Positions 19,500 through 29,433 of a DNA stretch of 64,000 nucleotides are shown one piece after another. Under the pieces are notes generated by a model that worked only from the letters and a program-made list of their open reading frames with translations, made no database searches and was not told where the DNA came from. Origin of the DNA: Opitutales bacterium (lineage in GTDB: Bacteria > Verrucomicrobiota > Verrucomicrobiia > Opitutales > PNEW01); contig CBDANS010000006.1 of NCBI GenBank assembly GCA_965197745.1, positions 1,376,001-1,440,000 of the forward strand. Reading direction: 5' to 3'. Position numbers and translations under genes: made by a program. The number at the start of each line of letters is the position of its first letter. Within the stretch, counting starts at the first letter, position 1.

Positions 19500-21440
19500 A
19501 TGACAAAAGAATCAGAGGATGCCCCAAGGGTTTACAGCTATATCAGGTTTAGCACACCTGAACAGGCACAGGGGGACTCAGAACGACGGCAGATAAAAGC
19601 AGCCAAAGCGTTTGCTGAGAAAAAGAGTTTGGCGTTAGATAATGAACTCCAAATGACTGATCGTGGGTATAGTGGCTATCACGGTACCCACAGGAAAAAA
19701 GGCTCACTAGGCATCTTTCTAGAAAGAGTAAATGAAGGTGAAGTGCCAAGAGGAAGTTATTTGATAATCGAGAACCTTGACCGTTTGAGCCGTGAAGGTG
19801 TTATCAATACCCTTCAGAATATCGTGTTAAACATAATCGATAATGGGATCACGATTCAAACGCTTTACCCAGAGCAGGATTATTCAAAAGAAAATATCGA
19901 TGACAAGATTATTGAGTTTATTGCTCACCTGCAAAGAGCCCATGCAGAGAGTGACCGAAAGAGCTATCTACTAAAGGAGGTATGGAAACACAAAAGGAAG
20001 CAGATAAGAGAAAATAAGGGGAAACTAACCAATATATGTCCAAACTGGTTAAGAGTTGAAGGTGATGAATTTAAAATCATAGAGGAAGCAGCAACAACAG
20101 TGAAGATGATCTTTGATATGAAGAATGACGGTTTGAGCATTCGGGCAATCGAAAGAAAATTAAATGCGGAGGCACCTTGGAAACCACCATATAACCCGAA
20201 ACGAATCGGGGAGGGTTGGCGTTGCAGTTACATCAATAAGATACTCAGAACCCGAGCCGTCATTGGAGAATTTCAGCCATACCGATATGTTGTGGATGAG
20301 TTGACTGATGAAAGAAAAAGAGAAAAAGATGGAGATCCAATAGCCAGTTATTACCCTGCAGTCGTTGATCCTAACTTATTCAATACAGTTCAGCAAAAGT
20401 TGGATGAGATAAAAGCTACCCGACACAATGGTGGTGGACGCAAGGGCAAGGTGGGCAATCTATTTACGCATATTGCAAAGTGTGGATACTGTGATGGTAG
20501 TATGCATTATGTTTCTAAAGGCAATGGACCAAAATACGGGCGGTATCTTGTATGCGATAATGGAAATAGAGGTGTAATTAAAAATGGTAAACGAGTTTGT
20601 GAATCTCATTCAGTAAGGTATGACGAGTTTGAGCAGATCGTTTTAAAGAACTGCCGTCGATTGAAACCTCAGCAAGTGTTACCGAACGAGGACGAGCAAA
20701 AAGAAATATGTCGTAATTTACAGACACGAATTACAGGTCAGGAAATCGAGATTAAGGATATTGAAAAAAGAAGGGAAATATTGCTCGATCAACTTTCAAG
20801 AACTGAAGATGAGGAAGCACGTAGTGAATATGAAAAGTTAAGAGGCCAATTACTTGAGGATATTAAGAATCGAAAAAATACGATAGAGAACGATCAGACT
20901 GCACTAAGGAAGACTGAACACAGTAGCCAGTCATTTAAAAAATGGCAAAAAGATATTGAGTCACTGTTTAAAGCACTGAAGAGCGGAGATGTTGACATAC
21001 GATTAAAAATGCAAGCGCATCTAAAAGAATTCATTGAGCGAATAGATGTTTATGGTAAAGGTGGTGAGGATACAATAGATAACATAGATGAAATAATTGG
21101 CGAATGCGGTATGGCTAGCGATTGGGGTAAGGTTAATAGGGGAGCATACAAGAACTTCATGCGTTATATCCGCGAACAGTGTCTGTCTTCGAAAGGACGC
21201 TTTTATCAAATACACCTTAAAAATTTCACTGCCAGGACAAAAGAGAGAGTAATGAAGAACGGTAAGCGTATAGTTCTGGGTAGATCATCACGTATTGTAC
21301 CAATTCAAGTTGCACCAAAAAGTAGCCTTGCTTATCGAATGGAGTTAATAGAGGACGAAGATGGGAAAAAAGGCTCGCGTCATTTTGGGCCAAAATTAGA
21401 GTTGTTAAGTAATGATTTCTTTGATAATCGCAAACGATGA
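19500..21440 (+). CDS. Large serine recombinase (resolvase + recombinase + Zn-ribbon + coiled coil)
   Basis: YSYIRFSTPEQAQGDS (catalytic Ser), ENLDRLSR, YYPAVV, KCGYCDG...YLVC...C; start placed at ATG 19500. Confidence 0.93.
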   Translation: MTKESEDAPRVYSYIRFSTPEQAQGDSERRQIKAAKAFAEKKSLALDNELQMTDRGYSGYHGTHRKKGSLGIFLERVNEGEVPRGSYLIIENLDRLSREGVINTLQNIVLNIIDNGITIQTLYPEQDYSKENIDDKIIEFIAHLQRAHAESDRKSYLLKEVWKHKRKQIRENKGKLTNICPNWLRVEGDEFKIIEEAATTVKMIFDMKNDGLSIRAIERKLNAEAPWKPPYNPKRIGEGWRCSYINKILRTRAVIGEFQPYRYVVDELTDERKREKDGDPIASYYPAVVDPNLFNTVQQKLDEIKATRHNGGGRKGKVGNLFTHIAKCGYCDGSMHYVSKGNGPKYGRYLVCDNGNRGVIKNGKRVCESHSVRYDEFEQIVLKNCRRLKPQQVLPNEDEQKEICRNLQTRITGQEIEIKDIEKRREILLDQLSRTEDEEARSEYEKLRGQLLEDIKNRKNTIENDQTALRKTEHSSQSFKKWQKDIESLFKALKSGDVDIRLKMQAHLKEFIERIDVYGKGGEDTIDNIDEIIGECGMASDWGKVNRGAYKNFMRYIREQCLSSKGRFYQIHLKNFTARTKERVMKNGKRIVLGRSSRIVPIQVAPKSSLAYRMELIEDEDGKKGSRHFGPKLELLSNDFFDNRKR

Positions 21441-21470
21441 TTTAAAGCTAAGTACAATAATATCAAATAG

Positions 21471-21941
21471 TTAAACCGCATATAACATAAGGATGGTGGG
21501 CCCTTCTTCTAAGCGCATGCGTAATACGATGTATAGTTCGACACGGTCCAAGGGTGTGTCCTTGGTTTGGCCTGATAGGGGATAGCCGTCTACGGTCTGA
21601 TCACCAGCGATAGCAAATGATGTGCAGCCCTCTTTCCCCGCGCTCAACTTTGAAATGGACGATTCAAGGGGTTCCTGAGGGGAGCCTGTCTCTTCCCAGA
21701 TACCGCGGTGCAAATCGAATAAGTAGGGCGCCCGTTCATCGACCAGACATTTTATTTCTGGATCGAGTGACTTCCATTGATAGGCCATGTCGAGATAAAG
21801 TCGGTATCCAGGGTAATTCTTAGTTGTGAATTTTGCGTACTCCTTCCCACACTCGTAAGCCGATCCTTCGAAGTTTACGAGGGGAATAACACCTTCCGGT
21901 GCGAGACGGGAGGTGATGGGAGTCTCTTTTATGTCACTCAT
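21471..21941 (-). pseudogene. C45-family Ntn-hydrolase (acyl-CoA:6-APA acyltransferase-like), 3'-truncated at the LSR element
   Basis: GSAYECG, EGCTSFAI (Cys nucleophile), GQTKD; ends after 156 aa at the edge of the AT-rich element. Confidence 0.7.
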
Positions 21942-21964
21942 GATGATACTACACTATACCCTAT

Positions 21965-22927
21965 TTAATTTATTTCCAGGTTTTCGAGAAATTGCACCAG
22001 TTTTTTTACAATAAATGCTATTGCCATATGCTGAGATTCGTAGGTAACGCCGCCAATATGGGGTGAGATGACAAGATTTTCATGCGTGTTTGCGTATTGT
22101 ATAAGAGGATGGCTTGCCAGGTCTTCGTTCCACTCGCCGTCAATGACGTCGATGCCGGCGCCACCCAAATGGTTCGTTTCCAAGGCATCAAGAAACGCGG
22201 CTTCGTCGATGATGGCCCCTCGACTGGTGTTGACCAGCACGGCGCCCGATTTCATTTTTTGAAACACGTCAGAGCTAATTAGACCTCGGTTCTTTTCAGT
22301 GAGGTGGATGTGAATCGTTAAAACATCAGACTCAGCGATCAAGGTTTCAAAGTCGACCATCGTTACTCCTGCGGGGGGATTAATGTCTTTAGTATCGCAA
22401 GCGATAACACGCATGCGGAATGCCTTACCGTACTCCGCCATCATGCGTCCGAGACGTCCATAGCCAAGAACGCCTAATGTTTTCCCTGAAATTTACTGCC
22501 CGCGATAGCGACCCGCCGGTGACCGCCAGTGACCGGATTTTACCCAATCAAAAGCCGTTGGCAATTTGCGTACCGTAGCCAGCATCAGGGCCCAGGCCAT
22601 TTCCGCCGTAGCGGTTACATCATTCAAAAACGCAATCTCTTCTTTTAGCGAGATTATGGTAATACCCATTTCTTCAGCTGCATTGAGATCGATATGATCG
22701 AGTCCGGTGGACGCCGTGGCGATTACCTTCAATCGATTTGCCTGTTTGAGTATCTCGCGATCAAGACGTATGCTCATCGACGAGAAGTAGGCATCGACAT
22801 CGCTAATCGCTTCTATAAAAGCATTCCGTTCAGGAGGAATAGTAACGAATTCAGCAACTTCCGTGAGGGGCCCCAGGGCAGGAGGAATATTATCCTCGTT
22901 TGACATCCGTAATATTCGCCAGCGCAT
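21965..22927 (-). pseudogene. D-isomer 2-hydroxyacid/phosphoglycerate dehydrogenase-like gene split by an in-frame TAA (22493-22495)
   Basis: YRGQ*ISGKTLGVLGYGRLGRMMAE reads through in a single frame joining the two ORF-track pieces; STGLDHID, NTSRG, SPHIGG. Confidence 0.9.
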
Positions 22928-22943
22928 TTTATTTTTACTGATG

Positions 22944-24353
22944 TTATGAAGAAATCTTACTTAGACAGTCTAAAAAATCAATAATGCTGAGCCCCGTATG
23001 ATAACCAGGGTCCGCATCGGCCGTTGCCGGAATCGTGTCCACAGGTTGACCGGTATCATCAATGGTTTGGTAGGCCATAAGGAAAACGTCCCTGTTTACA
23101 TAATTTTTAACGAAGGCATTTGAGCAATGCGACAGTATTTGAAGAATCTCTTCAGTATATTCATCATCGGGCGCAATCAATAATAACTCTGCGGCGGCGC
23201 GCATCGTCTCAGGGAGATTCCACCATGGCATGTCGTTATTGATAGGTGTGCGAGAAATGAGGTCATAGGCTTTGCACAGGCCGCCGATTTTTTTATTAAA
23301 ACCGTTCCTGAAATTCTGGATTAACACTTTTGGAAATAGTTCAACGCATTGTTCGAGTAAACTTTGCTGTGATGCGGTTTTCTCTACACGATCCCGCTGA
23401 ACTAACAGGAACTTGGAAGCAATGCCGATAAACTCCAGCGAATGACCGGGGTCCGATAGAATGTGCCCATTTTGTTCCCAGGGAATTCCATCGGCATCGA
23501 TTGCTTCAACAAAATCGAAAAGCTCTAAATTTTTGAATTGGCCCAGGTTTATGTGATGGTCTACTACGTGGCGTATCAGTCGCTCTCCGCGCTCATACCA
23601 CTCGTCTTCATTGAAGTATTTCGCAAGATTAGCGCACCCCAGGATCGAGATCATGAACCCACCGTGACCGCGCTTGCCAGCTACCGATCGAACCGGGTTT
23701 TTGGGATCGAATGATACTTGATCTCCCACTTGCCGTCCTTTTTCTATGTTCGTTACTATTTTTCGAAAATACGTTTTGGCTTCTTTCACTTTATCAGTCC
23801 GACCGAGTAGTTGTGCTGCTGCCACCATCCTTTTGGCATAGAACATATCAGTGGTCGATGTCTGTTGTGAATCAAGTTTTATAGGTTGCCGTCGACCCCG
23901 TTCATCCATTGAGAAGGATTTACCTTCGGGGGTCATTAAAAATGAAATGCGGCCGTTATTTTTGGCGCGTATAGCTTCCATTTGATCGAACACTTCTTCG
24001 GTCATGCGTATTAAGCGTGTTCTCCGTTCATGAATTTCATTGGGTGTGAGAAAAGAACAATGCGGCAGCCATTCAATATGACCGGCTAAAGATTCCAGAC
24101 CCCGACCCTGGATCCAACCGAAAATGGCTGTCCTGCCTTTGAAGTCTTTTTCACTATCCTTCCCTTCCGGGAAATCAGCACCGGTAATAATGCTTAGCTT
24201 GGTGTCGATAAAATGATAATCCGGATTTCGCTCGTAGCGATCCAGAATAGCATCAATAATAATAAGCGTCATCATCTCGTAATCTTTGATTACGCTTTTA
24301 ACTGCGGAAATGGTTGCCTCGCGAATAAGGCTACCCTGATAGATAGGGTCCAA
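22944..24353 (-). CDS. AGE-family (N-acylglucosamine 2-epimerase-like) protein
   Basis: WIQGRG, DPGHSLEF, WWNLPETMRA and DPGYHT parallel AGE catalytic motifs; lies next to a nagA-like gene. Confidence 0.65.
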   Translation of the reverse strand: MDPIYQGSLIREATISAVKSVIKDYEMMTLIIIDAILDRYERNPDYHFIDTKLSIITGADFPEGKDSEKDFKGRTAIFGWIQGRGLESLAGHIEWLPHCSFLTPNEIHERRTRLIRMTEEVFDQMEAIRAKNNGRISFLMTPEGKSFSMDERGRRQPIKLDSQQTSTTDMFYAKRMVAAAQLLGRTDKVKEAKTYFRKIVTNIEKGRQVGDQVSFDPKNPVRSVAGKRGHGGFMISILGCANLAKYFNEDEWYERGERLIRHVVDHHINLGQFKNLELFDFVEAIDADGIPWEQNGHILSDPGHSLEFIGIASKFLLVQRDRVEKTASQQSLLEQCVELFPKVLIQNFRNGFNKKIGGLCKAYDLISRTPINNDMPWWNLPETMRAAAELLLIAPDDEYTEEILQILSHCSNAFVKNYVNRDVFLMAYQTIDDTGQPVDTIPATADADPGYHTGLSIIDFLDCLSKISS

Positions 24354-24355
24354 GT

Positions 24356-25498
24356 TTATACCATTTGAGGATTTACGGTTGTATCGAGCAGTTCATCGCC
24401 CATCGATAATACTTGATCCAACTGGAGACCATTCTCCGTCCAACGCGTAAGCACGAATTCTGCTGGTTCTCCCTCCTTTATCTCGGGCAGATCGATGCCG
24501 ATTATTTCTGCGGGAATAATGCTTTGCTGGCGCCAGGCTTCTTCCAAAGACCAACCCAGTTCGCAGAGGCGTTCCACACACCGGTCTGCCTGGTGCCAGG
24601 CACCGGCGAGAAGCTCTTGCCCCTTGAGGTGACAACAACCATTTTCCTCAATAACAAAATTCCCATAATCCCCTGGGGGCATTCCTGAATGCCCGCTGGC
24701 ATCAGATACCGGAAATATTTTTTCCTTACCTTTGGCCGCGAATACAGCTCGAATCAATTCTCCCGGTAAATGGTGCCCGTCGATGATAAGTCCCAAATAA
24801 ATGCGATCGTCGGCCAGCCAGGACCAGAATGGATTGTGATGGCGGTGAACCTCCGGTGGCGCGCCGTTGCCAAAATGTGTAACCATATCCACACCCAAAT
24901 CCGCTGCGCGCCTTATCGATTCCGCTGAGGGTCCACAGTGCCCCATTGTTATTCGCAGTTTGTTTTCAATCGCTTTGCGAATCGTTTCCGTGGCATGGGG
25001 TAGTTCCGGATCGATATTAAAAATCATAATTCGACCACCGGAAGCATCCTGTAACTTTGCCCATTCGTCCCAGTTTGGATCACGAATATATTCGGGGTTA
25101 TGCGCCCCCCGCCAGCCATAATCGCGCGACATGTAAATGCCTTCGAAAAACGCGCCGAAATAGAGCGAGGCAAGATTTGCATCTGCGTTCAACTGCCGAT
25201 TGAATTCTGCTAAACTTTCCAATTGTTTCTCGTAGGGATAGGTCGTAAATGTCGCCAGCATCCTGCCAACGCCATGTCGCCTCACATGCGAAGCAATGAT
25301 CCGCAGATTGTCCGGACTTTCGTGCAGCCGGTTAAAAGATTTGCCCAGCGCTCCGTTCTGTTGCAAGTCGACAAGCGGTGGCGCTATTAGGGGTGGATCA
25401 GTGGATTGCGCCATTTTTACCGAAGCGATGACTTTTTTCTCTATCGTTACTTCGATAACTTTGCCGTCCAACGTTTTACCAAGGTACGATTTTCCCAT
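24356..25498 (-). CDS. nagA: N-acetylglucosamine-6-phosphate deacetylase-like amidohydrolase
   Basis: LVDLQQNG, FFEGIY, RGAHNP, MGHC, THFGNG, IDGHHL, VSDA; start placed at ATG 25498. Confidence 0.75.
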   Translation of the reverse strand: MGKSYLGKTLDGKVIEVTIEKKVIASVKMAQSTDPPLIAPPLVDLQQNGALGKSFNRLHESPDNLRIIASHVRRHGVGRMLATFTTYPYEKQLESLAEFNRQLNADANLASLYFGAFFEGIYMSRDYGWRGAHNPEYIRDPNWDEWAKLQDASGGRIMIFNIDPELPHATETIRKAIENKLRITMGHCGPSAESIRRAADLGVDMVTHFGNGAPPEVHRHHNPFWSWLADDRIYLGLIIDGHHLPGELIRAVFAAKGKEKIFPVSDASGHSGMPPGDYGNFVIEENGCCHLKGQELLAGAWHQADRCVERLCELGWSLEEAWRQQSIIPAEIIGIDLPEIKEGEPAEFVLTRWTENGLQLDQVLSMGDELLDTTVNPQMV

Positions 25499-26015
25499 AA
25501 TGAATAGCTTAGTATAATAGGGCTGCAGTTGATTTATCCTTTTCCCTAAATCACGGAAAGTGACATTAAAAATCAATCAAATATATATCTCTGGTCATAT
25601 ACAATCTTATGTTTTTCCATAAACATAAGTTACTCATCTTCAAATCGAGATGAACTCAAATCTAACAGCCCCGGAGGGGCGGCACAGGTTTAGTTCATAG
25701 CGCACGCTGGGGGTATCATTATAAGCAATAATCTTCGTCTTCGTCCACGTCTTCATCCTTAAAATAAATATACAATGATGAGAACTCGATTTAAGACGTA
25801 GACGAAGAGGGAGACTAAGACGAAGCTATTCGGTACAAATATATAAACCCAAGCCCAATAGTCATAGATAGTTGCCTCGAGCAAGCTAACTATCGGAATC
25901 ATAAATCCTTACTTTATGGAAATGGTTATTGCCACAATGTGATTTAAAAATTTAAAAATTTTTTGCCAGGCTTGGTTACACGAGAGTAAGAGAGATTGAA
26001 GTTTGAATATAATAG

Positions 26016-27119
26016 ATGCTGGAAACATTTAAAGTCCCGATAAAAGAACAGGTCAGAGTTTCGGAAAATTCACTGCGCCGGTCGGTGACCGCATTTTTTG
26101 AAAAGATGGGCGAATCATCTGAAGACGCGGCGATTGCCGCCGATACACTCGTCACTTCCGATTTAAGAGGCGTGGAAAGCCACGGTGTATCTAATATGTT
26201 ACGCGCATACCGTATCGGCTATGAGAGTAAGAAAATCAAGGCACAGCCCAATTGGCATATCGTGCGCGAAACAGCGGGCACCGCGAATATCGATGCTGAT
26301 AACGGACTGGTCGTCTTCCTTGGGCGCCATGCCATGCAGATAGCGATAGATAAGGCCAAAAAAGTTGGTGTTGGCGCAGTAACGGTTTTTAACAGCGAAC
26401 ACTCGGGAGCGATTGGACACCATGCAATGGGCGCCGCTCAAGAGAATATGATTGGCCTGGCTATGACTTCAGCCAGTGCCCGCGTAGTGCCGACCTTCGC
26501 TTCGAAAGCGTTGCTCGGGACGAATCCAATAGCCGTTGCGGCTCCGGCACGTAACGAAGCACCCTTTCTTTATGACGCGGCGACCTGTTCTGTCGCTATG
26601 AACAAAATATGGATAGCCCGCCGATTGGGCTCGATGTTGGGTCCGGGCTGGATTTGCGACAATCAAGGTGTCCCGATTGTCGAATCGATTCTTACGCCCG
26701 AAAGTGATGATGATTTTTTACTGCTTCCTTTAGGCGCAACACGTGAACAGGGTTCACATAAAGGATTTGGACTGGCCATGATTGTGGATATACTGGGGGC
26801 GCTCTTAGCCGGTTCCATTCCCGATATGCTTACCAGTGTAGATAATAAAAATCGAAAACAAAGCCACCATTTCACCGCTTACAATATAGAAGCATTCACC
26901 GAGGTTGATACCTTCAAAAATAATATGGATCGCATGTTGAAGATGATCAGAGAGACCCAACCGGTCCCAGGTGAAGAACGTGTTGTCTATCCCGGCTTGA
27001 TTGAGTACGAAGAGGAACAGGAACGCCGAGCGAAGGGCATACCCTTCCATAAAGAAGTGGTGGTCTGGATTAGGGAAATGACAGGGGAGTTATCTATTCC
27101 CGATATCGAAATCCTTTAA
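26016..27119 (+). CDS. Ldh_2 family oxidoreductase (malate/L-lactate/L-sulfolactate dehydrogenase class)
   Basis: SDLRGVESHG, NSEHSG, LGTNPIA, YDAAT, SHKGFGL, VYPG. Confidence 0.92.
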   Translation: MLETFKVPIKEQVRVSENSLRRSVTAFFEKMGESSEDAAIAADTLVTSDLRGVESHGVSNMLRAYRIGYESKKIKAQPNWHIVRETAGTANIDADNGLVVFLGRHAMQIAIDKAKKVGVGAVTVFNSEHSGAIGHHAMGAAQENMIGLAMTSASARVVPTFASKALLGTNPIAVAAPARNEAPFLYDAATCSVAMNKIWIARRLGSMLGPGWICDNQGVPIVESILTPESDDDFLLLPLGATREQGSHKGFGLAMIVDILGALLAGSIPDMLTSVDNKNRKQSHHFTAYNIEAFTEVDTFKNNMDRMLKMIRETQPVPGEERVVYPGLIEYEEEQERRAKGIPFHKEVVVWIREMTGELSIPDIEIL

Positions 27120-27135
27120 ATAAATAGGGAAACAG

Positions 27136-27900
27136 ATGAGCCGTCTATTAGATGCCTACCGCGCATTGCACCAACAAGCTTTCATTCCTATTTTTGTCAG
27201 AGATCATATCCCCGATTCAAAAAAATTACTTGAAGGATGCCAAGAGGCTGGAATGCGGGTAATCGAATATACCCTGAGGCGGCTTGATGCACACACGATG
27301 ATCCCATGGATTCGCGAAAATTGTCCCGACCTATTTCTTTTGGTCGGCAGTACCTTGGACGATGATGCCATCATCACTAAACAACGGGAGAAATTTCCAC
27401 AACTCCTGACCATTGACGAACTGGACGCTATGGATGTGGATGGATTTATCAGCATGATTGGTTGGAGTGAAGCAAGCATTAAGAAGTATCACTCACGGCG
27501 TATCGTGATCCCTGCTGTATCGACGTCAAGGGAAGCATTTTTAAATGTGGCTGCGGGTGCGCATTTCGTTAAGGTGCCCGGATCCAAACCGGAGTTGATC
27601 AAAAGTTATCGGTGGGAAGCAGCGTTTGATTATTGTCCTCTATTTGCGCCCGGCGGATTGACTCCAGATCGTATCCCCACTGCTGTTGCAGCAGGTGCGG
27701 TAATCACCGCCACGGGTTTCGATTTGACCTTAAAAGAATGTTCCGCGGAAGTATCTGTAAGTGAGATTGCAGCCATAATGAAACATTACATGGAGACGGC
27801 CCAAGACGCTCAGCGCGCCACCTGGCCCGAGTTGGCAAAAGCAGCCGATGCCGACAATCAAACATGGTTGAACGCATTGCCGCATTATCACCCGTTTTGA
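27136..27900 (+). CDS. KDPG/KHG aldolase-like TIM-barrel protein
   Basis: GMRVIEYTLR, LVGSTL, GAHFVKVP, APGGLT. Confidence 0.7.
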   Translation: MSRLLDAYRALHQQAFIPIFVRDHIPDSKKLLEGCQEAGMRVIEYTLRRLDAHTMIPWIRENCPDLFLLVGSTLDDDAIITKQREKFPQLLTIDELDAMDVDGFISMIGWSEASIKKYHSRRIVIPAVSTSREAFLNVAAGAHFVKVPGSKPELIKSYRWEAAFDYCPLFAPGGLTPDRIPTAVAAGAVITATGFDLTLKECSAEVSVSEIAAIMKHYMETAQDAQRATWPELAKAADADNQTWLNALPHYHPF

Positions 27901-27983
27901 GGAGGGGCGGCGGTCTACGGTTATATCGGCTAGGAGGAGTGATGGCCTCAAGGTAAGGTTAGAATTGTATGTCTTCGTCTTTT

Positions 27984-28424
27984 TGTCATTGCGAGGGAGG
28001 TTATCAATCGATCGCGGCTACCGAGCGCAGCAACATCTCTCATTCCAGGCGAATAGTCATTGTGGTTACGGATACTATTCTCTGCTCTAAAACATGATTA
28101 ACCGGATATATAATGTTATTTGGCAATCGTCTACTGAGCGAAGCCTTGCATCCAGGGACTGCGATTACGCAACAGATATTCCCCTGGATTGCTTCGTCAC
28201 TTCGCTCCTCGCAATGACATTTAAGACGAAGATTAACGCATATCCCATAGATGAATATATATTACAGAATAATGGAGGGACGCGCGTTGTCGCGTCCATG
28301 AAAGTCGTACCCAAAGCGGCCACGACGACGCGTGGCCCTCCAAAAATACATCATTGACACGTTGAACGCGGTACCTGCCTGTCATAGTTCTCCCGCAACT
28401 GCGGGACTACGACGTGGCAAGCGA
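27984..28424. repeat. Repeat cluster: filled TGTCATTGCG palindrome, inverted GGAG-REP doublet, CCTG-element remnants
   Basis: Palindrome 27984-28219 with 23-nt insert 28018-28040; GGAGGGACGCGCGTTGTCGCGTCC 28274-28297 facing GGCCACGACGACGCGTGGCCCTCC 28318-28341; TCCCGCAACTGCGGGA 28391-28406. Confidence 0.85.
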
Positions 28425-28464
28425 ATACGGAGATTATCGTGAACAACACTATCCCTTAACCCCG

Positions 28465-29346
28465 CTAACCTTTCAAGGTCGCGTCGAAGAGGGGGCGTTC
28501 GAGATCCATTTGCCTTTGATAGATAGATCCCACTCCTAAATCCCTGGGTAAGGGCAAGCGAACCGGAACATCGGTCACTCTTGGTTGGTTCGTCTGCTCA
28601 CCGCGCAATATTCCTTTTTTTATAATCTCCCACAGCTCATCGGTCGTTTTAGTGGCGTGGACAAGGGGCCAGGCATCGAGCGCACAATATTGAAATAATA
28701 ACAAGCGTCGTGACATGGTAGAAGTATTCGCGGCCGATCCATGTAAAAGACGGACATGATGGATGCTGATGCCCCCCGCTTTTATTTGCACGGGCACGGC
28801 TCCTTCCGCAGTAAAGTCAGATTCGGTCACGGCGCCAATGAAATAACCATTTTGTTGGTGGTCATAGACACGCCCTTTGTGTGATCCTGGAATAAACATG
28901 AGACAGCCATTTTCGAGGGTCATGTCATCTATGGCGATGCCCACAGCCAGTATATCATCGTTGGTATGCGGGTAAAATGCCCAGTCCTGATGCCACTGAA
29001 CAGGGCTCCCCTCTTCGGGCAATTTAAAATTCAGTTTATCGCCGTTCTGACGAACGCCTGGCCCGATTAATTGCTCTACCCTGTCGAGGATTCCTTTATG
29101 GCGCAACATCGCATCATAAACCGGGTGCTGTTTTATCGGATTGGATATACGTCGCAGACGTGGTGTCTCCGCTGAATGGCCGGGTCCCAGATCATAAACC
29201 GAGTCTGTTTCCGATAGGGTCCGAGATTTTTCGAGAAACTCGTCTGTCACCAAACGGAGATCACTGAGTTCTTCATCGGATAATACCCCTTCGATCGCGA
29301 GATATCCGTCCGAACGATATTTTTCAATATGTTCTACAGAAGGCAT
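28465..29346 (-). CDS. Phytanoyl-CoA dioxygenase (PhyH) family protein
   Basis: DGYL, WHQD, ENGCLMFIPGSH, LHGSAAN...RR. Confidence 0.92.
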   Translation of the reverse strand: MPSVEHIEKYRSDGYLAIEGVLSDEELSDLRLVTDEFLEKSRTLSETDSVYDLGPGHSAETPRLRRISNPIKQHPVYDAMLRHKGILDRVEQLIGPGVRQNGDKLNFKLPEEGSPVQWHQDWAFYPHTNDDILAVGIAIDDMTLENGCLMFIPGSHKGRVYDHQQNGYFIGAVTESDFTAEGAVPVQIKAGGISIHHVRLLHGSAANTSTMSRRLLLFQYCALDAWPLVHATKTTDELWEIIKKGILRGEQTNQPRVTDVPVRLPLPRDLGVGSIYQRQMDLERPLFDATLKG

Positions 29347-29433
29347 AATGCCAAAATCACTTTAAAGTAATTATAAGACCAGTCAATGGATACGAATTAT
29401 GCCTAAGGTTTAAAGCTTAAAAACGAAACCTCA

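Larger units (their letters stand above)
17511..21480. mobile_element. AT-rich ~4-kb integrative element encoding a large serine recombinase (boundaries approximate)
   Basis: Drop in GC; both flanks are truncated sequences (IS3 on the left, C45-family gene on the right); carries Xre HTH, DUF3102-like and LSR genes. Confidence 0.7.

Noticed and set aside
17505..21490. attL/attR core repeats for the LSR element
   Set aside because: Only a 6-bp inverted TATGCG match near the two ends; too short to call.
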